Positions 12,784 to 25,395 of a DNA stretch of 63,834 nucleotides are shown piece after piece; position 1 is the stretch's first letter, and each line of letters opens with the position of its first letter. This stretch comes from Ionaspis alba. Taxonomy: Eukaryota. Where the stretch lies: contig CAXUUL010000020.1 in assembly GCA_964255285.1 (NCBI GenBank), positions 1 through 63,834 of the forward strand, in the 5' to 3' direction. Below the pieces are notes generated by a model. The model was not told where the DNA came from. It was given only the letters and a program-made list of their open reading frames with translations, and searched no databases. Made by a program: the position numbers and the translations under genes.

Positions 12784-12988
12784 GCCTGCGACTGCGCGGG
12801 TAGCTGTAGAGTGTCACCCGTAGTGACCGAACGCACGTCAGATCGCGAACAGACTCACCAAAGCGCCTAAGTGCTGCCCCCTAATTTCAATTTAATTGAC
12901 CGATGTTAAGGCGTTTAAGGGGGTTTTGTTCACGGTCTGACGTGCATTCGGTTACTACGGGTAACCCTGTAGCTTAAATATCGCAAGC
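12784..12988. repeat. Long imperfect inverted repeat (fold-back); MITE-like or regulatory
   Basis: 12813-12851 matches the reverse complement of 12927-12965 at 34/39 nt. Weaker pairing extends over ~12802-12870 versus 12906-12974. Confidence 0.85.
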
Positions 12989-13829
12989 CAAATTGAGGTG
13001 TCCACGGTGTCCCAACTGAGGCACAGAACATCTAGGGGCTTTGATAGGCACGACGGGCAATGATTGTCGGAATTATATCAACTGGAACTGCTTCTGGCTA
13101 GCTTTCCGTCGTGCGAAACAATCAATGAGGATGGTATTCGAGCCACCTCGTATATGACCCGGGGCTCCCACCAGAGGATGTCAGAGAATGCTTCCCACTT
13201 CTGCGAAGAGAACCTCGATGCTGATAATTCTTCAATACTGAGAGCGTGGGACATCAATCTGGGCTTTGTCTTGGTCAACAGTGACCGCTGGAGATCGCCA
13301 GGTGTATGTTCACACAATTGATTATTGGACACCAAACTCTGACCCCTGATCGAATTGCTTGCTGATCTGCCATATTCTTGTCTTGGCGAAGAAGCACATT
13401 GCCGCCTGGAGCTTCCGGTAAGAACGACAGTTTAGACGACTAGCCTGCCTAATCAATTCCGCTGGCATCTCAACTGTGTTTTTCAAACGTTGTGCCGTGT
13501 GAGGACCAGGTGCCGCGTCGCTTGGAGGACCGGGTTATGGAAAAGTGTCCCCTTTTCCAGCATCATCCATACATCCCGTTTGCTAGAGCTGTCCGCAATT
13601 GCGATCAATTACTCTCTTACCATCACCGAAGACGTTGGTTCTTTGGCATTGTTCGGGTTCTGCGGGAGGGTGTTGCGGGGCAGTGTGATCTCTACCCCTG
13701 TCGATTTCAGTGGCTCATACGCCAGAGGAACAGCTGAGAAATGATCTCGTGTGAACAATACAAATATAAAAAGATGTTGCCATTGATTTTCTACACACAC
13801 ACCCACTCAATAGAAGTGGTTTTGCCCCA

Positions 13830-15902
13830 ATGGTCTACACCGGAAAGCCGTCGAGGGGCTGCTTGAATTGCAAAAAAGCCCATACCAAGGTATACCGAAT
13901 GCACAAGCTGGACAGAATTAGTTCTGATCTCATTTTGACAGTGTGATGAAGCATTGCCAGGATGCTCTCTATGCGTCAGAAGGAAGCTCCAATGCCCCGG
14001 CTACCTATCGCAATTCGACCTGTTCCTGCGGGATCAGACTCAGGCAGTCCAGGAGCGGGAGAGGCAAAGGAACCGACGACAAAGCTCCAAGCATACGGAG
14101 AGAAGAGCATTCAATGCTATGGCTAGATGGAACGCCTCCTTCGAACCATTGGTAGATGTGGTTCCGATTGCACTTTCTGACTCGCCCCAGAATGTAGCAC
14201 TTGCAAATATGTTCAACTCATACATTCCGACAGACCGAGATCCTGAAACACAACGTGGATTTCTTGAATACCTGCAGCCAATGTATGCATCATCGAGTCA
14301 AGGTTCTCTCCTTTCGTTGTCGACAAGGGCATTATCTATGATAAGTAGGTGTCCCCTGGAACGCCAGATTACCAAATGCTCATTGTGGCTAGTCACCGGC
14401 TCCAGTCCTTCTCTTCTACATATAATGCTTCAGGGACGGAAAGTTCTGGGAGAAGCTATGCTTATGACAAACAAGGCACTGCAAGATCCCCTTGAAAGCA
14501 AGAAGAATGAGACACTTATGGCAGTTCTTCTGCTAGGCATGGCTGAGGTGGGTTTACCTTCCTGTTTAAGAACACAATTCATCATCTTCGCACGAACCCG
14601 TCGTACCCTATTTTCTTCCCTTAAAACCATACGCTGGAATTTTGCACTAAACATCAAAGAGGGATCTCCATGATGAAAGACTGCAGCTCTCACACCGAAT
14701 CGAAAGTCCCCGCTGAATCTGACTGACGGTGACAGATCCTCATGTCCATTGTCGAAAAGAGGAAGCCGTCCAAAGCTCATTGTCAGGGAGTTGTTGCGTT
14801 AGTGAAACATCGTGGAAACGACAATTTTAAAGATGATCTTGCCCGTTCGTTATATACAGCTGTCTATAGCGAAGCTGTGAGTCCTCTTGTCCCTACGACA
14901 TTGTCTTTGAATAACAGGCTGAACTTCAAACAGGTCACCGAATCCATACAACGCGGTATTCCACCCCTGTTGACTCCGAGTGAGTGGCAGAGAGATAGTA
15001 AAGATCTCCGGAACAATACAGCATCTCGTCTCACAGGCATCTCGGAGGAGGTTGCCAATGTCAGGTCTTGGGCGAAGGTCGTGTTTGATAGTAGCCCCGA
15101 CATATTGCTATTTGAAATCGATGCCATCCTACAAGTGGCGCATCAGGTCGATCATAAGCTTGTAGCCTGGGCTGATTCGGTTCCTCTCACTTGGATTCCT
15201 AAGCCTGCGTCGGATATCTCCCCCACGGCAGTCGCAAAATTTCAAGCACTCGAAGCCCGCATGGACATCTATCCGAGCGTTTTCACGGTTAGCATCTGGA
15301 ACAACTATCGATTCTTGCGGATAGTGACGCAGCTTCTGATCATGTCCTGCTTAGCGCAGAAAGAGAAAATGGCTCCTGCATCGATGCCTCTCGGGCCTCA
15401 ATCACACTTTCTAGATGTCCGTGGTCTCGTCAATGACATCTGCGCAAGTGTTCCGTTCTGTATGGGGACTAAGGTCTCGAACGAGACCGCTGTGGAATAT
15501 CCAACGGCCGCATTCGACTCCAGATCTGCGAAGCGTGGCAACGCGGCCTGGCACTTTGGTGGCTGGCTTTTACTTGCACCATTGGTCGATTGCCTGGATG
15601 TGCCTATTTTGGAAGAAAGACAAAGGCAGTGGATTGTCGCCCAGGTCTATCGTATCCGCAACTTCTACGGCATCACTGATGAGCTTCCGGCTCGTCTGAC
15701 CAAGTCTCCTGAAGGCATAAACCGCATCGACGGGCTACAACCTCCTTATAGGGAGGGAATGATTACTTCTCCATACTGGCAGTCTCCACCACAATTTGAG
15801 ATAGGCGTGCATGCGTACTCACTTCCCCTTGAGGATCACCGCGACAAAGAGAGGCCGGTACCTGGCATTGAGATTATAAACTGTAGCAGTCTCAGGCCCT
15901 AA
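13830..15902 (+). CDS. Zn(II)2Cys6 transcription factor (MVYxGKPSxGC type)
   Basis: MVYTGKPSRGCLNCKKAHTK|CDEALPGCSLCVRRKLQCPGY binuclear cluster. Downstream ETLMAVLLLGMAE, H..G..AL...RG, WNNYR, DICASVPF and GGWLLLAPL segments typical of this family. Introns 13890-13941, 14345-14392, 14548-14735, 14877-14933. Confidence 0.9.
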
Positions 15903-16195
15903 AGGTTGAGCGCTGACAGCAAGGTGTTGAAGTTGGACTGGTGGTGTCTAGAACTTTGGCTGCACTTTGTTTCTTTCAACATCACAGCTAGCTATAGAAC
16001 TTGTCGAATTGCCAATAGAACGTGCATCCGAAGCATGTTCGTATTCGTTGAGATTCTGTCTGAAAACTGTGGACACAAACCGAAGAGTAACTCATAGAAG
16101 ATCGACTGATAAACCTCCACTCCCTTCCCTCTGCTCCTTAGAATTCCGCAATCCATCGATAAATCGTCATCCATTTAAACCAACCCAAAAAGGTA

Positions 16196-17421
16196 ATGAG
16201 CCTCCGAAACGAACATCGGGTCCCCCTGTGGCTTGACTGTGATCCAGGTACAGACCACGGAAGCATGGTGTGCAATGCCAATGCTGACCCCCACTTCCAA
16301 ACATCCTCTAATATCTCCTAGGTCACGATGTATGACCATACGCACTCCACCACTGTCATTCCACTGACAATCCCCCAAGGACGCCTTCGCCATCCTCCTC
16401 GCCGCTCACCACCCCAACATAAACCTCCTAGGCGTCAGCACCGTCCACGGCAATGCCTCCCTCCCACGCACGACCGCCAACGCAGGCAGCGTCTTAACAG
16501 CTATCGGGCGACCTGATATCCCCGTCTACCCAGGGGCAGCCAAACCCTTTTGCAGACAAGCTGTTCACGCCCCTGATATCCACGGTACCCACCTTTCTAA
16601 ACTTCCACCCATCTCGGCAAGCGCTGATCCCCATGTATAGGCACCTCCGGCCTCGATGGCACAACTCTCCTNNNNNNNNNNNNNNNNNNNNNNNNNNNNN
16701 NNNNNNNNNNNNNNNNNNNNNNNNNNNNNNNNNNNNNNNNNNNNNNNNNNNNNNNNNNNNNNNNNNNNNNNTTGTATCTGACACCGCAAAGTGCGATCCC
16801 GAAGCCGCACAGTCCCTTTTCTCTGTTCCGGCGCTTGCTGCGAAAACAACGCTCATACCTCTGGATGTCACGCACCTCGTGCTGGCGACACCAGACGTGC
16901 TGGAGTCCATTCTCCACGGTCCATCCTTACGGACTTCTGGCGATGGGAATCCGTCGTCTCCTCTCCGCATTCTCCTGCATGACCTCTTGACTTTCTTCGC
17001 CCATACCTATGCCTCCGTCTTCGGCATCACAGCTGGACCGCCGCTCCATGATCCCATTGCTGTGGCTGTGATACTTGATCTGCTTGGTATTGAGCCTCTG
17101 GGTTTCAGCTTTACAGCTACGACGGCAGAGGGAGCTCACATGGTTGGCAACTTTGTGGAGGAAGAAGAGATGAAAGGAGCAGGGCAAGGCGAAGAGCGGT
17201 GGGTGGTGGAGGTCGTGACGGATGGAATGCATAGTACAGACCCGAAGAAGAGGGGCCAGGTGGGACGGACGGTTGTAACGGCTGCGGAACCAGGAGAGGG
17301 TAGAGTGCGAATACCGAGGGGACTGGATGTAGAGCGGTTTTGGCGGGTTGTGGGAGAGTGCGTGGAGAGAGCCGAGGAGGCTGCGAGGAGGAGTGGCGTG
17401 TTTGACGGTATTAGCGGGTAG
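16196..17421 (+). CDS. URH1: Inosine/uridine-preferring nucleoside hydrolase (uridine nucleosidase); gap inside
   Basis: Spliced [21 protein letters not shown]...GVSTVHGNA...HAPDIHGTSGLDG; after the gap IPLDVTH and GPPLHDPIAVA. Confidence 0.9.
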
Positions 17422-17755
17422 ACGTTCATTGGCAGACCTGGTGGCATGTGTAGGGAGTTAGAGGCACGGTATAGATTTGTGGTGAGCGCAATGTAGCGCG
17501 ATAGAGATGGGAAGACTAATAGACGAGTGGCGCGAAGTATCTTCATCATTGCCCACGTCTCCGCTATAGAAAAGATATCGTACAGCAACAACCAATGTAC
17601 AGATCAAAAAGCCTTCCCCCAACCACCGCCAAATGCAAATAAGATACAGTGAGAAGAGAAGATTGCAACAAAGCAAGAGTAGCGTGCGCTTTTCCACCAT
17701 ATACATAACAATACATCCCTCTTCCTTCCTATCCTCTCCGCTCTTTATACAAATC

Positions 17756-20700
17756 TCAAGTCGCCGGCCCCAAGAGACTTCCACCCCTCCTCTTCGGATG
17801 ACTCCTCCCACCCCTCTTCTTCCCATCCGGTGCCCTTTTCGTCGAGTCCCCTCCCCCTTCGATAAAGTTAATCAGCTCATCCACACTCCTCGGATCCATG
17901 CCCATCGCGCCCCTCGCATCCCTTCCCATAGCAACATCAGCTGACGACTGTCCCACCTGCGGCTGTGGGTGTGTCCCCAACGTGACCCTCGGGGTAAGCT
18001 GAATCCTCCGCAGACGACGAGACTGTACGTCTTTGGCGTGCTTGGCGATAGAAACGGCATTCTGCGTCAACTGCTCGAGCCAGCTCTCCGACTCCTTCGT
18101 GTTACGATCTTCCGGCCCAAGCTTGGCGAGGAAGATGCTGTAAGCGTCGCGCATGCGGTTGACGGCGCCTTTGGCGTCCTGGTCGAGAGCCAGTGCTTGC
18201 GCGAGCTGGAAGCATAGTGTGGCTGTATTCACGGACTGTTTGCCGGAAACTTCCTCGGAGATGGCAAGGGAGGTTTCGAACCAGAGGCGGGATTCGCGGT
18301 AGTGTTTGAGATTCTGCAACATGACGGCGGCGTTGTTGATTGTAGTGATTGAGTCCGGGTGCTTGAGGCCGTAGATTATTTTCCAGAGCTCAAGCGCGTG
18401 TTTGACGTAGATGAGAGCTATTTTGGTGTTGTTGTTGGCGTGTTCGAAGAGGGCGAGGTTAAGGTAGCTTAGAATTGTTTCGTTCGAGTCGAGGCCTAAT
18501 GTGCGTTCTGATACGATGACGGCTTTTCGAGCCAGCTCGACAGCTGCGTTCTTTTCATCCAACTGGTAGTACAGCATGGATAGTTGATGATATACCCTGG
18601 CGACTTCCGGATGGAGGATGCCATAGATCTGCTCGTGGAGTGACAACGACTCCAAGAGCAACTCTTGGCCAAGTTCCTTCTGGTTCTGCATCATAGATAT
18701 TCTACCAGCTTCCAATGCTTCCTCCGCGAGGACACTCCTGGGACAGGCGTCTTTGACTACAGGAATGATGTTGACAATGTCCTCAGGTTCAAAGGTGACA
18801 GGCGAGCTAATAATGATAGATTCAGTAGATCGAGATGTGAGGTCGTTATCTCCATTCTTCTTCCTTTTCTTGTTACCTGATGCCCCTATGGGAGGATGAG
18901 TACCGTTCGTCGTGTTTGACGAACCGTTCGTGAGTGGAGCACGACTCTCTGTAAAGTGATAGTCCTTTCCTGTGAGCTGCAACCCGAGCTTCAGAGCGAC
19001 TTCTCGAAGTAGTTGGATGTGCTTGATTTTGGAAAACCAGTCATCAGGAAGATTAAACCTGTATCTCAAATGGACCTGATCCCGAATTTGTGACCTTAAA
19101 CTCTGAGGATCGACGTCTACGAACGACCAGTCTGCTTCTGGATAAAACGATTGCAAATCCTCATCGGCATGAGCTTTGGGCAATTTGTTGAACTCCACTC
19201 CAAGCAGACAATTGAGGAGATGAGCCAAGCAAGTTGTTGCAAAGACTGCCGGTAGCCTCTTCATATATCGATTGGCGATATGCTTGAAGGTCCTTGCCAC
19301 CATCTCCTGAATCGCGAGGGCATTCAGAGCTTCGAGTCGTGACGATTGATCACTGGCAAGGCTACCAATTTTGCCGAGATATCTCATATTGATGCCTCGT
19401 TTGTGCATCAGTCTGCCTAATGATTGACCATCCATAGGGAAGCCTACATCTCCTTCTCGAAGATCTTGGATCTAAAGGGGAATCTCGAATCAGCATTCGT
19501 ATCTAGATCATCCCGAGAACAACTCACAAGCTCAGGTATGACATCCTGTCGAAGATACTTGCAGATTCCACGGACGTTTTCTTCGTCCTGGGCAAGCTCT
19601 TGCTTTTCTGCGTCTGTTTGTGGTACCTGTCCACAGAAGACGTCGGGATTGAAAGCAAGCTTGAAGCCTGAGATATCCACTCGTTCCTGCGAAGTATCTT
19701 TCTCGGCTTTGTCACAATTCACATTGGGTGCCTCATTCTTCGAGTCACTTTGCTTTTCAGCATCTTCAGTAGTCCTTTCCTTGAATTCGATATCCTTGTG
19801 TTCCTTAATACCATTGGTCGCACTTCCTCTTCTCTTAATCTCCTCTTTCACATAATCACCCATTTTGGACCGCCAGTAAGCTTCGACCAGTTCTGATCTC
19901 AAGACAGTCATTCGATGAGGATAATTTCTCTCAGAAGGTTTTATTGCAGGTTTTTTGCCCTCTTCGCTTGAGATGTCAGTCCAGTGCTCCTCAATCCAGG
20001 TGATGTCGAGAGGCGTAAGTCTGTATAAGTCTAGGACATATTTTCTGCCATCTGTTCCTAATAACCCCTTGGTCTCGACACTACCCTCGAGCGTGTGCTT
20101 CTTGGCCTCTTTGTCCCAAACGTCGTGCTTCTTGACCCTCAATGCACTGGAAAGTTTCGAGAAAGTAGAGACGAAAGCCTCATCTTCAGCAACCACATCC
20201 CGACCTTCCACACCTCCGTAGTCGATCTGGTTTTCACCAGGTTCTCGCTGCTTGAAAATACCGGGAACGATACTTTGACCTACAAGTCGCTTTCCCAGGT
20301 AATCGACAACAACTGTGCCAGGGGTAAATAGCCCCTCAATGTCCAATTGATTGACTACCTTCACACCAGTCACGTCTTTTCCTACAGCCACTCGAGCAGC
20401 CTCATCACCACCCTCTGAAGTAAACGTTCCAACACCGTCGGCTCCGAACGAGAAGAAAACGTTGTTGTACACGAATATTTGTGCGTCTTTGTTCTCCGTG
20501 GGATTGAGTGGTGCGACCTCTCCACGAGCAACCATGACAGCACCTCGAGCGGCGGCATCGTTGTAGTCTGCAAAGAGCTTCGAGGTTATCCTCTCTCGAA
20601 ACACTCGATCCTGAACGGTTTCTCGAGGCAGCTCTCGTGTAGATTGAAACTCTTCGTTCCAGTCACGTAACGTTTCCGCATTCTCTATCCCAGACATAAG

Positions 20701-21932
20701 ATAGGTTTCCTGAGTCCTGGTAAGATCAGCTTGATGGGCGGCAAGTGTTGACTCAGACGCAGGTACAAGCCAAGGATTTGAGGGAATGGCATTGGTGATT
20801 TGGAAATTTGCTAGAGGATCCTTGAGATTGTTGTAAGATTGTAGAGATTTGAAGGAGGACTCAAAGGAAGGTGACACTTTCGAGATGAGAACTAGGAGCG
20901 AATGCGCTGCTGCAGCTTTTGGCTGTTGACGAGGAAAGGGGTCGAATTTGCTGTTTGAAGATTTGTTGACAAAAAATCCTGATACACTGGAAGTGATCTG
21001 AAATTGCTCGCCTTCATTAGTCGTCAGCTGTAGATACAGAAGATGGCCCTTTTGACGAAGATGATGAGGTGGAGGATTCCATGGTGAGACGGAGATGGAT
21101 TTCACGGTTTTGGGTACATGTTCCTTGGCCGGTGGAAGTATCGTCTGTATCGAAGGCGGGGCATCAAAGTCGTAGTCTACCATAGCATGGGGGGCTTTGG
21201 AGGGTGAAGAAGCCTCCGACTTCCCGTTCTGCTCTGGTGGATCGATCATGTCGAGAGGAACAACGCTGTCGTGGAGGGACAACCCAGCCGATATGCCATG
21301 CAGAGTATCCACCCTGTCACCTCCAGCGCCGATGAGGTCTCGGACCCGTATCATGTGCATACGAGCATCTTTCTCAGTGTATGGATCCTCAACAAGTGTC
21401 ACCTCGCTCCCCGCTTTAAGGCCCTTGACCTCTGACAGCTCAACAAAGTCGTTGATGCGAATTCCGTTGTGTTCCAGGTGGAAGCAAGAGTACTGAAAGG
21501 TATGTGGAAGCTCGACGATGGATTGGCGAAGATCTTGAACCTGCTCTTGTGTCGATACCTGATGTGACATGAGCAAACGGTGCTTTTAGCCATTGGGAAT
21601 TGACGGACCATAATTTGACTTTCGTAAGGTTGGTGAGGAAGCTTCACGGTAATCTGAAAAACAGCTACGTAGATTATAGCGTCAGGAGATGGATATGTCT
21701 TGGGCCTGACTTAACATACGGTCACCCTCCTGCTCCTCCTTCGCCGTTTCATCTTTCGATGCAACTGACTTCTCTCCATTTTCAGGTGAGATCTCATGTG
21801 CTTCTGATCCATTGACAGTTCCATTCACATTTTCTGTATGAATAAAGCTTTGTTAGCCCATGGCAGTGCTCATGGAGCATCGGATCAAACATTACCAGCA
21901 GGTGTCTCTGCGTCATGATTCTGCTCTGCCAT
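17756..21932 (-). CDS. CLU1: Clustered mitochondria protein Clu1/Tif31
   Basis: CLU_N (INDFVELSEV), CLU domain (SPWNPPP, RDWNEEFQSTRELP, VVVDYLGKRLVGQSIVPGIF, GTDGRKYVLDLYR), MHKRGINMRYLG and C-terminal TPRs. Five exons. Confidence 0.96.
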
Positions 21933-22867
21933 TAGACACTATGGGAAGCTATGACGATGTGATACACAGCAAGAATAATAAAATACAAAAGGAGTGAGCG
22001 GACCGTGGTGCTGAAGAAAATCTAGAATACAAGGGAGAAGAATTGAGAGCTGCTCAAATTGTACAGAGATGCAATATGAACAGGAAACGCGACACCCCCT
22101 CAAAACTTTGTATTGAATTCGAGTAGCTCCACACGCCAGAAGCTACTATAAATTTTATGGCTCACGGACCATCCTCGGAGGTCGTGACGTCGGAAAGGAT
22201 CGGCAGATCCCGAATTCATCCTCGTCGGACTGCCGCGGCCGTTCTATCAATGCTGCAGGCATTGGGGATGGTTCCAGACTCAACATCATTGATATTGAAC
22301 TGAGATGTTTACAACTTTCGCGTTTATGGTCGAAAGATGATCTCCATATAGTGCAGAACTTCGGAGCCTAGGGCCAATCATCCCCCCACGAACGCACGGT
22401 TCAAAGGTCAGTTGGCCGGGACGGCATGGTCAGGCGCAGCTTTGCGAACAACCTTGTCATTTATACTAAACTATTCAAGGGAGTGGTTTGAAGCAATCCT
22501 GTGCCAATCAAAGACGTACATTAGTCTTTTATCAAGAGAGCAAATTCAGCTTCGTTCTCAAAATGTTATCTTTCAAGCATTGTAGCACCTGAAACCAATT
22601 TTGATATAATCCTAATATTTCCATACCATCCAATACTATCAAAGATTTTTACATTTCGTTACTTCATACTAACGTTATATGCTAAATAACCAAACGCTTC
22701 AAGCCACAATAACCCCACTGGCTTGCCATAGCTTAATCCGACGAAGCTGATGCTCATTGTTCTTCGCTTCGCAGATGCAAGTCCAAGTCAGCCAGGAGAT
22801 GCAAAATAACACTTCAGGAGCTGCGAATGCTCATCCTCGGCGTGTCTCAAGCAACATATCGATGGTC

Positions 22868-23902
22868 TTAAGCCGTCCGGTACCAAAGCTCTTTGGGATC
22901 ACCCAAGCATTCCCCGACGGTAACAGCTACTCATCGTTAGCCTCGAAACTTTAATACTCCGGCAGGACCAGAAAGGGCCTACCTCGCAGTCCTCTCTTCT
23001 TCACTTCATCAATCATAGCCTGGACTAGAGTGTTCGCTGTCCACTGGTGGACATCATGACTCAACTCAATCGTTCCGCCAGCGTTCAGCCCATCAATGTA
23101 GCGCTGAACGCTGGTTTGAATGCCGTCTTGCGAGTCATTGGCCCAGTCCAGAGTGTCGATATCGGCCTGCACAACGTGGTAGCCCAGCTCGCCCATGGTC
23201 TGGAGGACTAGATCGTTGGTGGAGAAATAGGGGGGACGCATGTATGTCGGGTAGTTTCCAAGGATTCCTGTCAATGAAGTCTCAAGAAGACGCATCTGCT
23301 GGACAATGCCGTCGTGATCGAGTGTGGCGAGATCGGCGTGGGACCAGCTGTGGCAGAGTTGAGTTAGCACGATGGAAGCCTCCACGTGACAATTGGACAG
23401 CGGGGAAGACACTGCTTTGGAAGATGCAAGAGGAGAAAGAAGACATAAACACAGGTCGTGGGATTACTCACGTATGCGATCCAACTTGGTGGCCTTCAGC
23501 AACCATGCGCCGCACATTGGCTTTACTACTATCGTCCTCGATACTACCCCAATTCTGGCCATTGACAAAGAAAGTAGCAACGACACCATTGGCTGCAAGT
23601 CTATCAAGGACCGAGGAAGTGTAGATATATGGACCGTCGTCGAAGGTAAGAGCGACCGTGCCCGGAGCAGTGCAAGCGCTGATGATGCTACCAGTAGGAA
23701 TGGCCGAACCGATGTTTGCAGCTGCGATGCTGGCTTCCCCTGAATGTGCAAGACTCGAGGGATGGTGGGGAGTGGGTGGAAGTGGTCTACTGGCTAGTGG
23801 CCCGAGACCTCCTCCAGATTCAGTGCCGCGGGCGGGCATGGGATGGGCAAGCGCAAGCGATGCGCATGCGCTGATGAGGAGAGTCTTGTACATTGTGCTC
23901 AT
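22868..23902 (-). CDS. Secreted chitin/polysaccharide deacetylase (CE4/NodB)
   Basis: Signal-peptide-like N-terminus; CE4 motifs TFDDGP, HTWSHADL (spliced), RPPY, DTLDW, LSHD; terminal exon VTVGECLGDP..WY. Confidence 0.93.
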
Positions 23903-24564
23903 TGTGGGAATCGACACTCAGGAAGATTGCTATGCTGGAGATATAGAGAGATGCCAAGAGTATAAGGTAGAGATAATGATATCGATGGGAATATCATTGT
24001 TTCCACTGCCGTTGCGGGAGTTTATATACATATTGCAGAAGAGGATGCTACTCTGATGGAAGCAAAAATGGCGGACTGGTAGCTGCGGAAGGATCACCTC
24101 AGCCTTGGTCTGCATGCTCACCGAGACTTTTACGAGGCTATAGGTCGGCCAGGGCGAATCCCATTGGTTTCTGAGTCAGATAGAGAGGTCGCAGACGAGG
24201 ACAGGATGATGTCGGTGGATCAGCGAGCTTGACTAGCCAAGATTCAATCAGATAATAGAGGTGGGTTGTAGGGAAAATGTATTGATCAGCTTTGCAGAAT
24301 TCTAAGCCGCTCCTGCCGTCAATACGGGGTCTCACGTGGCTGCCTGCCGACTGGCCAGTGGTCCGCTTACCGAGGTTGCCGAATTAGGTTGCTTACCTGC
24401 TAGGGCTAGTGGCTTGGCAGGTACGGCTGTTCCGGGGCTGATATGTGGCCGCAGTTGGTTTCACCAGTTGAAATTTCTTCCTTCGTGTGTAGAAGAGCCT
24501 CAAGTGTGTTCAAGCATAGATCTTTATTAATGACGTAGCAAACGAAACGTCCCTGACTAGTTTC

Positions 24565-25395
24565 TCAAGTCTCTGACGCATCTTCCCCAAATTTCTTGAC
24601 CAAGAAGACGTACTTGTATCCATGTTCACCAATCCCCTCTCCTACCTCAACACTCATATCTCCAATGATGGTCATATCCCCCTTGAGGTATGTTCGCAGT
24701 CCTGTAGGTGTGGAAACGAGATGCGCTCCTTTGACGACTTCCGGTCTTGCTGCCGTGTCCGCCTTTGCTTGATCCAGCCCATATCGAAGGAGACGGCTAC
24801 CGATACCTAATCGTTGGTAATCAGGTGCGGTGAACAGGCTTTGGAGATACCAGTATCTCTGCTCGAAGTCGTCCCCTAGAAGCTTGGCCGATCTCTTCTT
24901 GACAGCATTATTGACTTCCTCTAACAGCCTAAGGTTCATGCCTTCCGGCAGAGAGTCTGTCTCGGCTTCTTTCTTGTCCTTGACTTCTTCTAGGTTTTTT
25001 TCATAGTCTGTGTTCTTTTTAATCGTTTCTTCGGCCGCCTCTTCGATTTTGGGTTTTGCTTGCTCTTCTTCTTCTGCCTCCTCCTTGGATTTGGGTGCTA
25101 ACCAGATAGCATAACCGACAGTCGTCTCGTTCTCTTGCTGCTTCTCTGGCTCGGCCAACACCATTCTTATGATATGCGTTCGTTGAAGGACTTTCCCTTG
25201 GTAACGCCGCCTTGTCCGCTCTATCATCCATTCATGATACGGAGAATGCATCTGTTGGTCTGCACCTAAAGGGAGCGCGAATAATGCTAGACTCAACGGA
25301 TCCTGACTGAAAGCGGCATAAGCGATGTGCAATCCCGAGTCAATGTATTCCGGGAGGGAGGATGCTCGTATCTGGAAGTGAGTTTCGGATGACAT
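24565..25395 (-). CDS. GNAT-family N-acetyltransferase, intronless
   Basis: VGYAIW, YWYLQSLFTAPDYQRLGIGSRLL (motif A Q/RxxGxG) and STPTG..TY...; charged low-complexity insert. Likely start ATG 25395. Confidence 0.82.
   Translation of the reverse strand: MSSETHFQIRASSLPEYIDSGLHIAYAAFSQDPLSLALFALPLGADQQMHSPYHEWMIERTRRRYQGKVLQRTHIIRMVLAEPEKQQENETTVGYAIWLAPKSKEEAEEEEQAKPKIEEAAEETIKKNTDYEKNLEEVKDKKEAETDSLPEGMNLRLLEEVNNAVKKRSAKLLGDDFEQRYWYLQSLFTAPDYQRLGIGSRLLRYGLDQAKADTAARPEVVKGAHLVSTPTGLRTYLKGDMTIIGDMSVEVGEGIGEHGYKYVFLVKKFGEDASET

Noticed and set aside
13064..13335. Overlapping 85-aa ORFs in the RTA1/TF intergenic region
   Set aside because: No ATG-led model or recognisable motif; cannot be supported as a gene or transposase relic.
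14670..14726. ATGATGA...CTGA inside the long TF intron as a box C/D snoRNA
   Set aside because: Only ~50 nt, the D boxes overlap the branch site, no terminal stem, and no recognisable rRNA guide.
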